From the NCBI RefSeq assembly GCF_964213995.1, contig NC_135830.1:6882001-6946000 (forward strand): a DNA stretch of 64,000 nucleotides, given 5' to 3'. The notes beneath the pieces were generated by a model, which searched no databases, had not been told where the DNA came from, and worked only from the letters and a program-made list of their open reading frames with translations. Numbering within the stretch: position 1 is the stretch's first letter; the number at the start of each line of letters is the position of its first letter. Below, in pieces: positions 36,267 through 48,526 of the stretch. The position numbers and the translations under genes are program-made. This DNA comes from Mustelus asterias (Eukaryota).

Positions 36267-37864
36267 GTTCTCAGTGCACAATAATACACGGCGCTGTCTG
36301 TCATCTTCAAATCTTTCATGGACAAGTGAAAAGTGTTTTGTGCTTGCATGTGATTCCCGCTGAAGAGCTCAAGGCCGGGGGCCGTCTTCTTGTACCCGTA
36401 ACTATCGGCTCTGAGCAGATACTGAGGAGCTTGGAGTGAAGACTGCCGATACCAGAACAGGCCATATACTCTAGCTAAACTCTGTACAGGGTAACTGCAG
36501 GGTATTGCTGAACCTTCACTCCCTGTTGCTTCAACTCTTGGTTCTGATTGGGACACTGAATCTCAATTACTCATCTCTGAATATAAACAATAGAAGTCAT
36601 GTTGTGGAGATGACGGCTTTGGACTGGGGTGAACACGGTAAGAAGTCTCACAGCACCAGGTTAAAGTCCAACAGGTTTATTTGGTAGCAAATACCATAAG
36701 CTGTCGGAGCACTGCTCCTTCGTCAGATGGAGTGGAAATGTGCTCTCAAACAGTGCAAACAGACAAAATCAAGTTGCAGAATACTGATTAGAATGCGAAT
36801 CCTACAGCCAGCCGGGTCTTAAAGGTACAGACAATGTGGGTGGAGGGAGCATTAAACACAGGTTAAAGAGATGTGTATTGCCTCCAGACAGAACAGCTAG
36901 TGAGATTCTACAAGCCCAGGAAGCAAGCTGTGGGGTTTACTGATAATGTGACATAAATCCAACATCCCGGTTTAGGCCGTCCTCATGTGTGCGGAACTTG
37001 GCTATCAGTTTCTGTTCAGCAACTCTGCGCTGTCGTGTGTCGTGAAGGCCGCCTTGGAGAACGCTTACCTGAAGATCCAAGGCTGAATGCCCGTGACTGC
37101 TGAAGTGCTCCCCACAGGAAGAGAACAGTCTTGCCTGGTGATTGTCGAGTGGTGTTCATTCATCCGTTGTCGTCGTGTCTGCATGGTTTCCCCAATGTAC
37201 CATGCCTCGGGACATCCTTTCCTGCAGCGTATCAGGTAGACAATGTTGGCCGAGTTGCAGGTACTGTGTACCTGGTAGATGGTGTTCTCACGTGAGATGA
37301 TGGCATCCATGTCGATGATCCGGCACGTCTTGCAGAGGTTACTGTGGCAGGGTTGTGTGGTGTCGTGGTCACTGTTCTCCTGAAGGCTGGGTAGTATGAG
37401 GTTGCGTGGTTGTTTGAAGGCAAGAAGTGGGGGTGTGGGGATGGCGTTGGCGAGATGTTCGTCTTCATCAATGAAATGTTGAAGGCTCCGGAGGAGATGC
37501 CGTAGCTTCTCCGCTCTGGGGAAGTACTGGACGACGAAGGATTCGCATTCTAATCAGTATTCTGCAACTTGATTTTGTCTGTTTGCACTGTTTGAGAGCA
37601 CATTTCCACTCCATCTGACGAAGGAGCAGTGCTCCGAAAGCTTGTGGTATTTGCTGCCAAATAAACCTGTTGGACTTTAACCTGGTGTTGTGAGACTTCT
37701 TACCGTATAAACAATAGACACAGGATGGATTAGAAGTAGGATGAAGATGATAATCACGCAGAGACAGGAAGGGCGAATTGCACAAAGATCGCAATACTTT
37801 TTAGGAAGTTTGATTGACTTTTAACCAGGGTAAAAAGCAAAATGAAGAACATTTTCACTACCAT
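36267..37864 (-). pseudogene. TCR alpha/delta-like V gene (V3): V exon 36576-36267 with one TGA in the leader part; putative leader exon from 37864; Penelope in intron
   Basis: MSN*DSVSQSEP...IPCSY..LFWYRQSSLQAPQYLLR...FHLSMKDLKMTDSAVYYCALR; leader MVVKMFFILLFTL. Confidence 0.88.
36595..37705 (-). mobile_element. Penelope-like retroelement fragment with GIY-YIG endonuclease remnant and inverted terminal repeats; 13-bp TSD
   Basis: NIVYLIRC..C..WYIGET.Q..RQRMNEH; TSD TATAAACAATAGA 36582-36594 and 37706-37718; hammerhead at 37611-37647. Confidence 0.9.
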
Positions 37865-38084
37865 GATTCCACTACCATTAGCTCCTGAAACAGAAACAGC
37901 GATAATTGTGTGTGCCTGACCTGGAATGCGAGAATTTGAAAGAGCCAGGAGAATATAATGCGATTGGCTGGGGTTTATTTTCCCCGCCCATTTTGATACC
38001 TGCAAATCAATCACTTTCGACAGAAGGGGCCGTGATGTATTGTACACGGCATTCCAAATGTTATCCTATCAATGTCCTGTACAA

Positions 38085-40090
38085 ATGAAGCATCGCCTGC
38101 CTATTTTTGTTATAAAATCCCTCACAAAATTGAGAACGGTATGATTTTAATTAATTGTTGTACATGTAGACTAGTCCCCTGTGATTCATGAACTACGAGA
38201 TCCAGGTCTCTATGTGCCTCAGAGTTCTGCAATCTCTCATCATTTAGATTGCTAACTTTATTTTTTATTCTTCCTGACAGTTGCACATTTGCCCACACGA
38301 TATTCCATTTACTGGAGCTTCTCTCACTCACTTAATGTGTCCATTTCGCTTTATAGTCCCCTGGCTTTCTCTTTACAGTTTATTTTCTTATCTACCTTTG
38401 TGACATCAGCGAATTTAGTCCCTGCATGCAAGTAATTTATATGAGAAGAAAAAAGTTGATTCCCCAACACTGAGCTCTGTGGCACACTGCTCATCACCTC
38501 CTGCTATCCTGAAAAAGACTAATTAATTCCAATTCTCTGTGTTCTGTTAGCCAACTTCGATTCATGCTGATTTCGTACCCCGTTACTCCATGAGATTTAA
38601 TTCATGTAAGAATCTTCGATATGGCACCTTATTAAAAGCCTTCTGGAAATCTAAGTACATTATATCCCTTCATCCACAGCACATGTGACTCCTTCAAGGA
38701 ACTCCAATAAATTGTTTTCATGTGATTTTCCTTTCACAAAATCATGTTGACTCTGCCTAATTACCTTGAACGGTGCCCTGCTATAACATCATTAATAATC
38801 TCTTCGACTGTTTTTCCTCCGACAGATATAATGCTAATTGTACTACGGCGTAACTCGCTATTCAAAAAAAAAGTTACATTTGCGATCTTCCACTCCAATA
38901 GATTTTTCACCGAAACTCGAGAGTTTTGGGAACTTGAAAACAATCAACAATCTGATCAGCGACTACTTTAAGAACCTGCCACTGAGGGCCATTCAGACCC
39001 CAGAATTTGTCAGCCCATAGACCCAAAAATTTGCTCAATACCATTTGCTGCTTACACTGACTTTCCTGAGTTCTTCCCTCCCTTTCATTTCCTGATTTAC
39101 AGCTATTTCTGGGATGTTACTTGTGCCCACTATAGTGAAGCCCAATGTAAATACCTGTTTTAGTAATCCGCCACAGCCCAACTATCCATTACCGATTTCC
39201 CAGATGTACTTTTTATTGGACCATCGCTCACGTTGTTAACTCTATTCTTTCCTAAATCTCGATAGAAATTCTTACTTTTCATACTTAAGTTAATGGCTAG
39301 CTGCCGCTGGTACTCCAGTGTTTTTCTCCCTTTTCTATAATTTTGCCATTCTTTTACGTGCTTTATAACTTTTCCAATCTTCTGATATGCTACTCATCTT
39401 TGCACAAGTTTGATTTTTTCTTCAATTTAATGGTGTCTTTACTTTCTAAGATGCCATCTGAGATTAGGTCCCCATCTGAATTTTCCTTTCTAATTGGAAT
39501 GTATCTGTTTTGTGTTCTGAAGTGTCTATTCAAATGTCTTTCATTGAACCTCTATTGATTTATCCTTTAAAGACATTTTACTGTTCTCTCTCGCGAGCTC
39601 CACTTTCATGCCCCCATAGTAACCCATATTTATGTTTAAAATAATAGTCTTTTCTCCCTCAAACTAAATGCAAAATTCAATCTTATTATTATGAACGCTG
39701 CTACCAAGCAGTGCCTTCACCAAAAGTTTCAATGAATCCCATCCCGTTGTACAATACCAAGTCTAGTATAACGTACACACTGGTTGGCTGCAAAACGTGT
39801 AATTCTATGAAACTACCCAGAAAACATATCTATTATGTCCTCTTCTATGCTACGTTTACCCATCTGATTTTTGCTTTCAATATGTAGATTAAAATCATCC
39901 ATGATTAGTGCCGTACCATTCCGACAAGCACCCATTATCTCTTGCTTTATCATCTGTCCTACCATATAGCTGCAGTTAGGGCCCACAAGTGACTTCTTAC
40001 TTTTATCATTTCTTACCTCAACCCAAACTGCTTCCATATCATGCTTTCCTGTTCTTAGGTCATTCCTCTCTAAAGTGCTAATGTCATCAT
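38085..40090 (-). mobile_element. Old degenerate CR1 LINE (endonuclease and RT remnants)
   Basis: EAVWVEVRN, DFNLHI, WKIANVT.F, fragments in many frames. Confidence 0.8.
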
Positions 40091-41757
40091 TAATTGTCAG
40101 AAACACACAACATAGAGAAAAAAAATATTGTAGAAGTCGGGAGACATTTGGAGCACAATGGACATCGGGGGCAGTCCATTCTTGGTTTTGACTCAATGGT
40201 CACAGTCACTACGTTGTGAGACCTGAAATAAAAATCGAAAATGCTGGATAAACTCAGCAGGTCTGGAACTTTCTGTAGAGATAGACAGAATTAACCTTTA
40301 AGATATAAATGATCTGTTTATAGAACTGAGGAAAGGTAAAAAAAAACTACATAGTAAGAGATGGGGCAGAATAAAATAACATGGATAGGTCGGCACCAAA
40401 GAAATATGGCAGTTTTATCCTGAACATAAGAGAAAGAGGAGTGTTAATGGTTCCATGGAGGGACGAAGAATGTTAGTAGTTGCAAAAGGTCAGATATTGG
40501 AATGATGGAACTGAACAAACAGTGACAGGTGGTCAAATGGGTGGATGTTGTCTCTTGTGTTGGGGCAGGCCATGAGAGCGGAAAAACAACTAACAGCAAT
40601 CTACAAATGTGGGGTGGGGGGGGGCGGTACAAATGTGGGTGGGGGGGAGCGGGGTGGTAAAATTAATAGGGATGGGGGGAGGGGTTACTATCCATAGTTC
40701 TTGAATTCAACGTTGTATCCAGCAGCCTGTAATGTTCTGAAAGGGAATATGAAGTTTTGTTATTCAAATCATTTGGGCATCAGCAAAGCACTACAGTAGG
40801 TCTACGAAGGGCATGTGAGCATGAGGTGAATTATCTGACATGTTTCCCTGTTAATATTATACTCGGCCCTCGCTCATTTACAGAACGATCATTTGCTCCT
40901 GAGAAGCTGGATGCTAATTAATTCTATCGACTGCATTTGTACTTCACTCTGCCCTGTCTCCGATGTACGAGGACAATATTTATTTATATATTCCAAGTAT
41001 TCTATAACGCCTTGGTGCTGCTCGCATTTCATGAGGTTTTGTCTCAGTTATTATTACACCAACAATTTATATTTCTATTTAATGTCGATACTGTCTTCAT
41101 TTTCACTGCACTTGGTGCTATTAGTTCTAAACCACGTCTCGGCAATTACTTGCCCCAACGATATATCAATTTATACACAGCAGGACATGCGTCAATTGTT
41201 CCTTCACTAGAAATTCTAAATTCATTCTTGATCATTTGAAGGCACTTTCAACAGGTGTGGTTTATCAGAACAACCGAAGTGGTGTGGTGTTTCCACAGAG
41301 CGCAGTATTTGCAAGCGATGGGTTCCACCTCATACATCCCCCCATATTCGCGAATAGTTATTTCAAATAGTTGCATCATAAATCTGTTCAAATATTTGTA
41401 CAGCAATAGAGCACTAAACACCAGAAAGTTACCAAGTAAGCCAAACACATTAACTCATCCACCAACTATAACCACATCATGGTGGGATGGGAAGAGATGG
41501 TTTTTCCATTAGAGGTGGGACCTCAGTTCAGTATACAAAACATGGGTTCTGATTGATGGAGATGCTAGGACATGGTGTGAGCCGAGGAGGGACGGTAAAT
41601 TTGTGGACAGCAATTCACAAACATCGGCAATGCATTCATCTCCCTTACAAATGTAACAAATGAAATATATGAGATCATCCTTTAATCTGTTTGTTCTCTG
41701 ACCTGTTAATAAAGTGGATGTTGTAACTTAACTGTCCCTCTGGAGGCTCTCACCTGG

Positions 41758-41763
41758 TATAAA
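41758..41763 (+). promoter_or_regulatory. Candidate TATA box of GPR139-like gene
   Basis: TATAAA about 75 bp upstream of ATG 41834. Confidence 0.5.
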
Positions 41764-41833
41764 GGAGAGTGTATTTTGCTCTTGCGCAGATAGTGTGCGC
41801 AACTTGCAGAATTCAATTAGTTTCTGAAAGGCG

Positions 41834-44245
41834 ATGCATGGGCCAGCGAATGGACCATTTTATGCTATTTATTATCCGATGCTCGCTGCTATTGGTGTCC
41901 CAGGTAAGAAAGGAATCCCCGTTAAATTATTCATTTGTACGGTGGTGAAAAGGCCTCATTGTATTTTCGTGTGTTCGGGTGCATTGCTTCCATTTGCATT
42001 ATGGTGTGTGGCAATACGCAGTTCAGTATGTTGCACTTCACACTTTTTGAACAACAGTTTATTAGAATGCAGGAATATGAATTATAACTGTAACATTGTA
42101 CACACGCTATATTATTCAACAGTTCTACTGAACCAGAGAAATGTACATCAAGCAGAATTACGAAATGTTTGGTCAAAGAGGTACGTTAATTCAATAAATC
42201 GTAGATAAGGTAAGAGAGAGGAAAAATGAGAATTTGAAGATGGGAATTCCAGGCAAAAGAGTGTAGGCAGCTAAAATGATCACTGAAAGCGATGGATCGT
42301 TAATGTCTGGAATTGACAAGAGGGCAGATTTAGATGTACGATAGCCTCTCAGATTGCTTTAGGGCTGCAGCATATTACAAGGATAGGGAGTGGCGAGGCT
42401 GACGAGGCTAACGACTTAATGGATCATTGTGGAGGGAATACTGAAACTGAGCTGTAACTAGGCAATTGTCCAAAATAGATCAGCAAGCGTAGTGATGATG
42501 GCTGAATGGGTGTGGCATGAGTATAAGCATTGGGAACAAATCTTTTGGGTCGGTTAGAGTTCACTGAGGCTGCAGGAACCTATTCCTATGGTCGTGAGCC
42601 GAGATATAATAAAGGATTTTAATCGAAGTTACGCTAAGGCACAGGCGACACCATGGACTGTATTAGAAAGTAAATGTAAGTTGCGTTCGTGCTTATTTTT
42701 ATTTATTGGTCACAAAGTAGACCTACATTAACACAACAACGAAGTTATTGTGAAAATCCCCAGTCCCCATACTCTGGCGCCTGTTTTGATACACAGAGGA
42801 AGCATTTGGCATGGCCAATGCACCCAAGCAGCACATCTTTCGGATTGAGCGAGGGAGCCAGAGCACCCAGAGCAAACCACGCAGCCACGGGGAGAACGTG
42901 CAGACTCCACACAGACAGTGACTCAAGCCTGTAATCAAACCCAGGTCCCTGACGCTGTGAGGTAGCAGTACTAACCACTGTGCCACCTGCCACTTATGGT
43001 CAACTTAGGAACGTGGCATCTGCAATTTCAGCCCACTGTCAAAACATCGATATTGTAAACAGTTTCCAGCCTCAGATGATGGTTAGCCACAAGAATTGAA
43101 TCAGTTGTCAGAGAGTGGTGTTTGTGACAGGGACTGATTAGTATATTCTATGAATTGACAAATGTTTGATCCAGCAGTGGCTGTGGAACAAGTAGCAATG
43201 GCTTTGGAATAATTGAAATCTGGAGGTGGCAAATAGACGGATCAGGAGGGTTTCAGCAACTGATTGGATCAGGGAGTAGTTGTTTTTTGCTGTCCACTTG
43301 GTAACGTCTTTCTCCTTTTATTCTCTTACAGCTAACTTGGTGGCGATCATCATCCTATCCCGTGGACGGTGTGGACTCTCCCAGTGCATCACTTACTATC
43401 TAGTGGCGATAGCGGTGACTGATTTTCTTGTCATGGTTACTGCTGTTATCCTCAACCGGATAGGTGGCATTTATTTTCGGTACAGTGTCCTATCTACCAC
43501 CCCCGGATGCGCTGTCAGCACTGTGCTGGTGTATGCAACCCGGGATGGTTCAGTCTGGCTGACAGTGGCTTTCACCTTAGACCGTTATGTGGCCATCTGC
43601 TGTCAGAGACTAAAGGCCAGATACTGCACTGAGAAAACAGCATTGCTGGTTATAGGACTTGTCTGTACTCTAAGCTACGTGAAGAACATTCCTTTCTATT
43701 TCACCTATCAGCCCTTGTACATACTGGACGGGGTACCCTGGTTCTGTGATATTATGTCCAGCTATTACTCTTTGCCCACCTGGCAGGCCTATGACTGGCT
43801 GGACCATATATTAACGCCCTTTCTCCCATTCCTCCTCATTCTGATTCTCAACGCCCTAACCGTGAAGCACATTTTAGTGGCCAGCAGAGCCCGCAGGAGG
43901 CTCCGGAGCGCCGAGAATCATGGAGATGCAGAGATGGCAAACCGCAAGAGATCCATTGTGTTGCTGTTCACTATCTCGCTCAGTTTCCTCCTCCTGTGGG
44001 TCACATACGTCGGACATTTCCTCTACGTGCGGATTACGGGTGAGGCCTACTTCACCGGCCTGGATTTCAATGACCCGCACTTCATGCTTCAAGAAACTAC
44101 AAACATGCTGCAGTTACTCAGTTCCTGCAACAATACCTTTATCTATGCAGTATCCCAAACCAAGTTCCGAAATGAACTGAAGAAGGTTCTGCTTTTTCCC
44201 TTCTCCATTTTCACCAGTTGTTTTAAGTTGCACGGTATTGTATGA
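41834..44245 (+). CDS. GPR139-like class A GPCR, 2 exons (41834-41903, 43332-44245), 327 aa, intact
   Basis: GT..AG phase-1 intron joins YYPMLAAIGVP to ANLVAIIILSR; SVWLTVAFTLDRYVAIC, 7 hydrophobic segments, NTFIY; AATAAA at 44351. Confidence 0.9.
42700..42990 (-). mobile_element. V-SINE variant with a different 3' tail, intronic
   Basis: Head ggcacagtggttagtactgc and V domain shared with HE1; tail ends ...gtgaccaataaataaa. Confidence 0.75.
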
Positions 44246-45282
44246 TCCAGTTAATGGCTAGTAATGGTTTGTTTACAGAAGTCAAGTTTGAACCTTTATT
44301 TGTTTATTAACAGGATACCGTCACAATATTTCCCGTTCTTACACAAAGAAAATAAACGTTGCCATGTAAAGTCAGAAACATAAAGCCATTTACAACACCA
44401 ACCTCGGACAGCAGCATTCAGAATTAACATGTGGTATATGAGGAGTAACAAAATAAATGTTATCTACTAAACAATATTGCATATTAAATGGCAGATGGGA
44501 ACAAGGCAGATCCCATGGGTTTTCCGTGATTTCAGATGGATGGTAACAGAGAGAACAGAACAGGGAGAGAGGGTCCCTGGGGTTATGCTCAGTGTCAGGG
44601 GGAATGGATCTGATCAGGGAGAAATGCATACTAGAAAGAGAAGGCAGTGGGAGATGTTTAATGGTTATGATAATCTCAAATTACTCTATATCAGGCTTGG
44701 TTCGACAACAAATCGATTCAACTCCAGGTGTTTAATCAACCTCTTTATTTCATTATTTAACGACGTCGGGTCAGTCTTCCTTAATGATGCAGGCTAACAA
44801 AGCCTGCAGTCCTCAGGGGATACTGAACACACCTCTTTGTTTTGGTACAATACAAATACTTTTTTTCATAGCACATGCAAGCGACCCGATAGCCTACCAG
44901 CTATAGCCCCAATATACTTGTTACCAATCAGAGGATAATATTATTTCGTGCACTCCTCGTGCGAGTCACATTCTGTGCACGTATGCTGCAACACAGAACA
45001 CTTGTGTGATAACAAGTGATCGCAGCTGCATTCAGCTTATCTTCGGCAGTTGTCTGCAGAACAAGGCTATACCATCACATGACCTCACCCAACTGCCAGG
45101 AGCCAGGCAATAGTTTATACTCACTTATACTATAATACTGTAAGCATTAGATTATTAATAGTTTCTACAATTAAGGAAGACATCACTATCCAAGTATCAC
45201 TACACATATATCCACATCCACATTCCCCACTTTTATCATTCTGTTATAACCACTGACATTGTCGTGGCTTGTTCAATTCAGG

Positions 45283-46614
45283 TTACAATTGTATTTTCAT
45301 CAAGTCCAATATTACTTTATCTCTCTCATCCTCCGCATACAATTCTGCCTCCACTTCTCGTCGGGTTTCCTCCAGCACCTCGTCGTCCAGTATGGGTTGG
45401 TATTCCTTGTCCTTTTCCTCCTCACTCGCGGCGAACATCATCGGTTGAGTCGGTCGTGACCCTATCGATTCCAAGGTGGTCATCACCCGTGCGATGAGAC
45501 ACTTTACAATGCCAATTCCAATACTTATACACAGAACCAAGAGTATGGCATATAATCCCACATTCATTAACCAACCAAGCCATCCTGACAGGTCCCATTC
45601 CCCTAATCCTTTGCCCTCTCTCATCGACCCTAGTTGCTGGTCAATTTGGTTCAGGTAATTAGTGAGATTAGTAGTGACCTCATCTAGTCCCAGTATGCAG
45701 TGATCCTTCACTATGGCACACAGGCCTCCTTGTCGAGCCAGCAGGTAATCCAAGGCATATCTATTCTGCTGGGCATACAGCCTGAGTTTCTCTAGTTGGG
45801 CGGTGATGACCTGGAGGGCCCCTCTTGTAGCGTTCCCCAAGGCGGTAAGGCCGCAAGCAATGTAATTACGATTATCTGCAGCCGTTCGCCCTGGGACGGC
45901 TCCAAAGGAAAAGAAACCCGCCGCTCCATAGCCAGCAGCCTGACCAGGAGTGGGGGCAGTTATTTCCTTGTAGTCAGTGCAAACCTCCTCCGATAACTGC
46001 CGCTCTGGCCTTCTATGGCGATGACGTGGAGGCCCCCAATGGCTCGGACAAGGAACCACGCTGGGAAGTGGTCCCTGTTGCCACTGAACGGGGGTAAGGG
46101 TAGGACAAATAATTGATGGCCGTACCATTGAAAAAGAAGAAATACCCTGTTTCAGTGTACATGGTCTCTGAACACTTTTGCTATGTCCCGTTGGCTCGAA
46201 CCTGGTGATAGGTATCATCGGTTCCCAAGAACAGGGATCTGGAACCTATACAGGATGGTACCGTCAGTCTTCCTTCTGCATTAATCTGTACTATCGTAAA
46301 GTCCCTACCGTAAGCATGAAGGTGGGTGCCATTCATATAGCCACAAATTAGATTTTCCCCTTTTCGCAAAGCTATGCAGGTCGAATTCAAACACTTACAG
46401 ATTACCTAATCTCTCTGGGCTTCGTACCTACATTTATGCTGATGGCAATACTTACTCAGGCAGAGGTGATCCTGGCACACATAAACTGTGGAGCATCCCC
46501 AACCCCTCCCTTCTTACAACACGGAACACCAAGCCGATGAGCTTGACACTTGACCACCACCTGGAGGGGACAAAAACATAACGACAAGCATAACAACCAC
46601 AGAGTAAAGAGCAT
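45283..46614 (-). pseudogene. env: broken SU, open TM region
   Basis: Signal MLFTLWLLCLSLCF from 46614; basic cluster RHRHRR; ISD QNRYALDYLLARQGGLC; membrane anchor; acidic tail. Confidence 0.88.
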
Positions 46615-46680
46615 GTCACCCGGTACCGCCTCTCATACTAATCATCCGTAAAATCCTCCTCCCTGTCATCCTCAATTCTT

Positions 46681-48010
46681 TTAGGCTTCGGCTTGCCCGA
46701 TCAATTTACAGTGGTGGAGGTGGACCCAGGCATCGCGAACCGCCACCTTAGCCGCTGTAGGGGTGGTTAACAAGACTTGGAATGGGCCCTCCCACCGCGG
46801 CTCTAAATGCTTGCGACTCCAATTGTTGATAAGGACAAATGAGCCCGGTTTTACTTTAGTGGGAGTGGTTAAGGTAGGTGGCTTACCGTGAGCAGCCCGG
46901 ACTTGTGAGTGGAGATGGCGCAAAGAGTGGGTAAGGGAGAGGATATATGAGGTCATTTCATCCGTCATATGATGGAAATGAACGGGCGTCGTTGCCCATC
47001 ATCCCAAGGGTTCTGCAGGGGTCGACCATACAAGACCTCCGCGGGCGAGAGATGGGACGGTCCTGCAGGGGTGGTTCATATTTGAAATAAAGCTACAGGG
47101 AGTAGTCTGACCCAAGACAGATCTGAAGTTTCTACAAGTTTAGCCAGCTTGGTTTTGAGCGTTTGATTGGAACGTTCGACTACATCAGCAGCTTGGGGAT
47201 GGTGAGCGCAATGGAGCTGTTGCCGAATATTCAGCTGGGTGCACAGCTCCTTATTGACCGATGCAATAAAATGTGGGCCATTGTCAGAACTCAGGCAGGT
47301 CGGGACGCCAAATCGAGGCACAATTTCGCGCAGTAAAATCCTGACGACAGTTGTCACTTTGTTATCCGATGTAGGATACGCGTCAAACCACTTGCTAAGG
47401 ACATCCACGATTACTGAGACATATTTATACCCCTGACATCTCTGCAACTCAATGTAGTCCATCTGCTGGGTGTCAAAGGGGCCTGCCGGCAGGGGAGTCT
47501 TACCCAGATCACAGGGCGCACTCTTGCCCGGATTATGCTGTTGGCATATCAAACAGCGGAGGCTTAGACTTTGTGCCATGTCCTGTAGGCGAGGATGCCA
47601 CCAGGAAGTGAGGAGCAAATCACTAAGAGACCTTGCACCACAGTGAGTTGCAAAGTGTACGCAATCAATTACCCAGAGAGCCAAAGTATCAGACATACAG
47701 TTTGGTTGGCAGGGGTGATCCAGACTCCGGAGTCTGGGTCCACCCTACAGCCCAATACATTCCATAAATCTTCATCGCGAGGCAAGGCTTGCTGCTGCAA
47801 TCGAAGATCATCATCGATGGTTGGCATGGATTTCTCAGAGGCAGGGCCATCTGCGTCCAGACTTTTCTCCTGCATCATCATTCGGGGCACAATCATCTGA
47901 CAAGTTTTAAAAACCAATTTGGCCGCCTCATCTGCCCTATGGTTACCTAAAGTGACAGGGTCTTTACCAGCGGTATGGGCGGCGCACTTAATCACTGCAA
48001 GGGCTGCTCT
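46681..48010 (-). pseudogene. pol 3' part: RNase H C-terminus and integrase
   Basis: KCAAH..GNHRADEAAK; H..H..C..C zinc finger; QMDYI, SDNGPHF, VERSN (DDE); EPRWEGPFQVLLTTPTA. Confidence 0.9.
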
Positions 48011-48526
48011 TGAGGCGGGTGAGGCGGAAGAGGTGTAGTTGCCCCCGTCATCCAATGGTGTAGATCCTTATCTGTATCATTATCAGTGACCTTAATGCCA
48101 TCCATCATGTTCCCTATCTCAGAAGCCTCACAATCCTCAAGAGACAGTTTCTTATGTAAGCATTCCCTTTTCAACACCTCAACTGGTTTTGGAGTCCCTC
48201 CCTCCATTAATTCTATTCCCAACTTAACAGCATTGTCCTGCCAGCTGGATAGGAGACTCTGCTCCTTTAACTCCTGACAATGTTGTAACCATAACCCTAT
48301 AAGCTCCTTCGTCTTCCTTCCCATATTCTTTGAGCCAAATTTGTTGCTGCGCAGCTTTAACAAGGTGGATATTTCTGGTCCCTCCTGGGGGCCATTCAGA
48401 TGGCCCTAATTTATGGGTCAATGCCCCCGACAATTGTCTCAATTTGGTGGCTTTATCCGGATATTTCTCGCAAAACATTTGTAAGGCTGAATTTGTCTGA
48501 TTGGTTGTATCCAAATAGTTCCCCAT
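48010..48526 (-). pseudogene. gag N-terminus (matrix-like), frameshifted
   Basis: MGNYL start after the leader, WPPGGT motif; fuses directly to RNase H end. Confidence 0.7.

Noticed and set aside
35927-36556. 209-aa ORF as a standalone Ig protein
   Set aside because: Read-through of V3 past its RSS into non-coding DNA; starts at GTG
41904-42208. Continuation of the 124-aa ORF 41834..42208
   Set aside because: Intron read-through after the strong donor AG|GTAAGA
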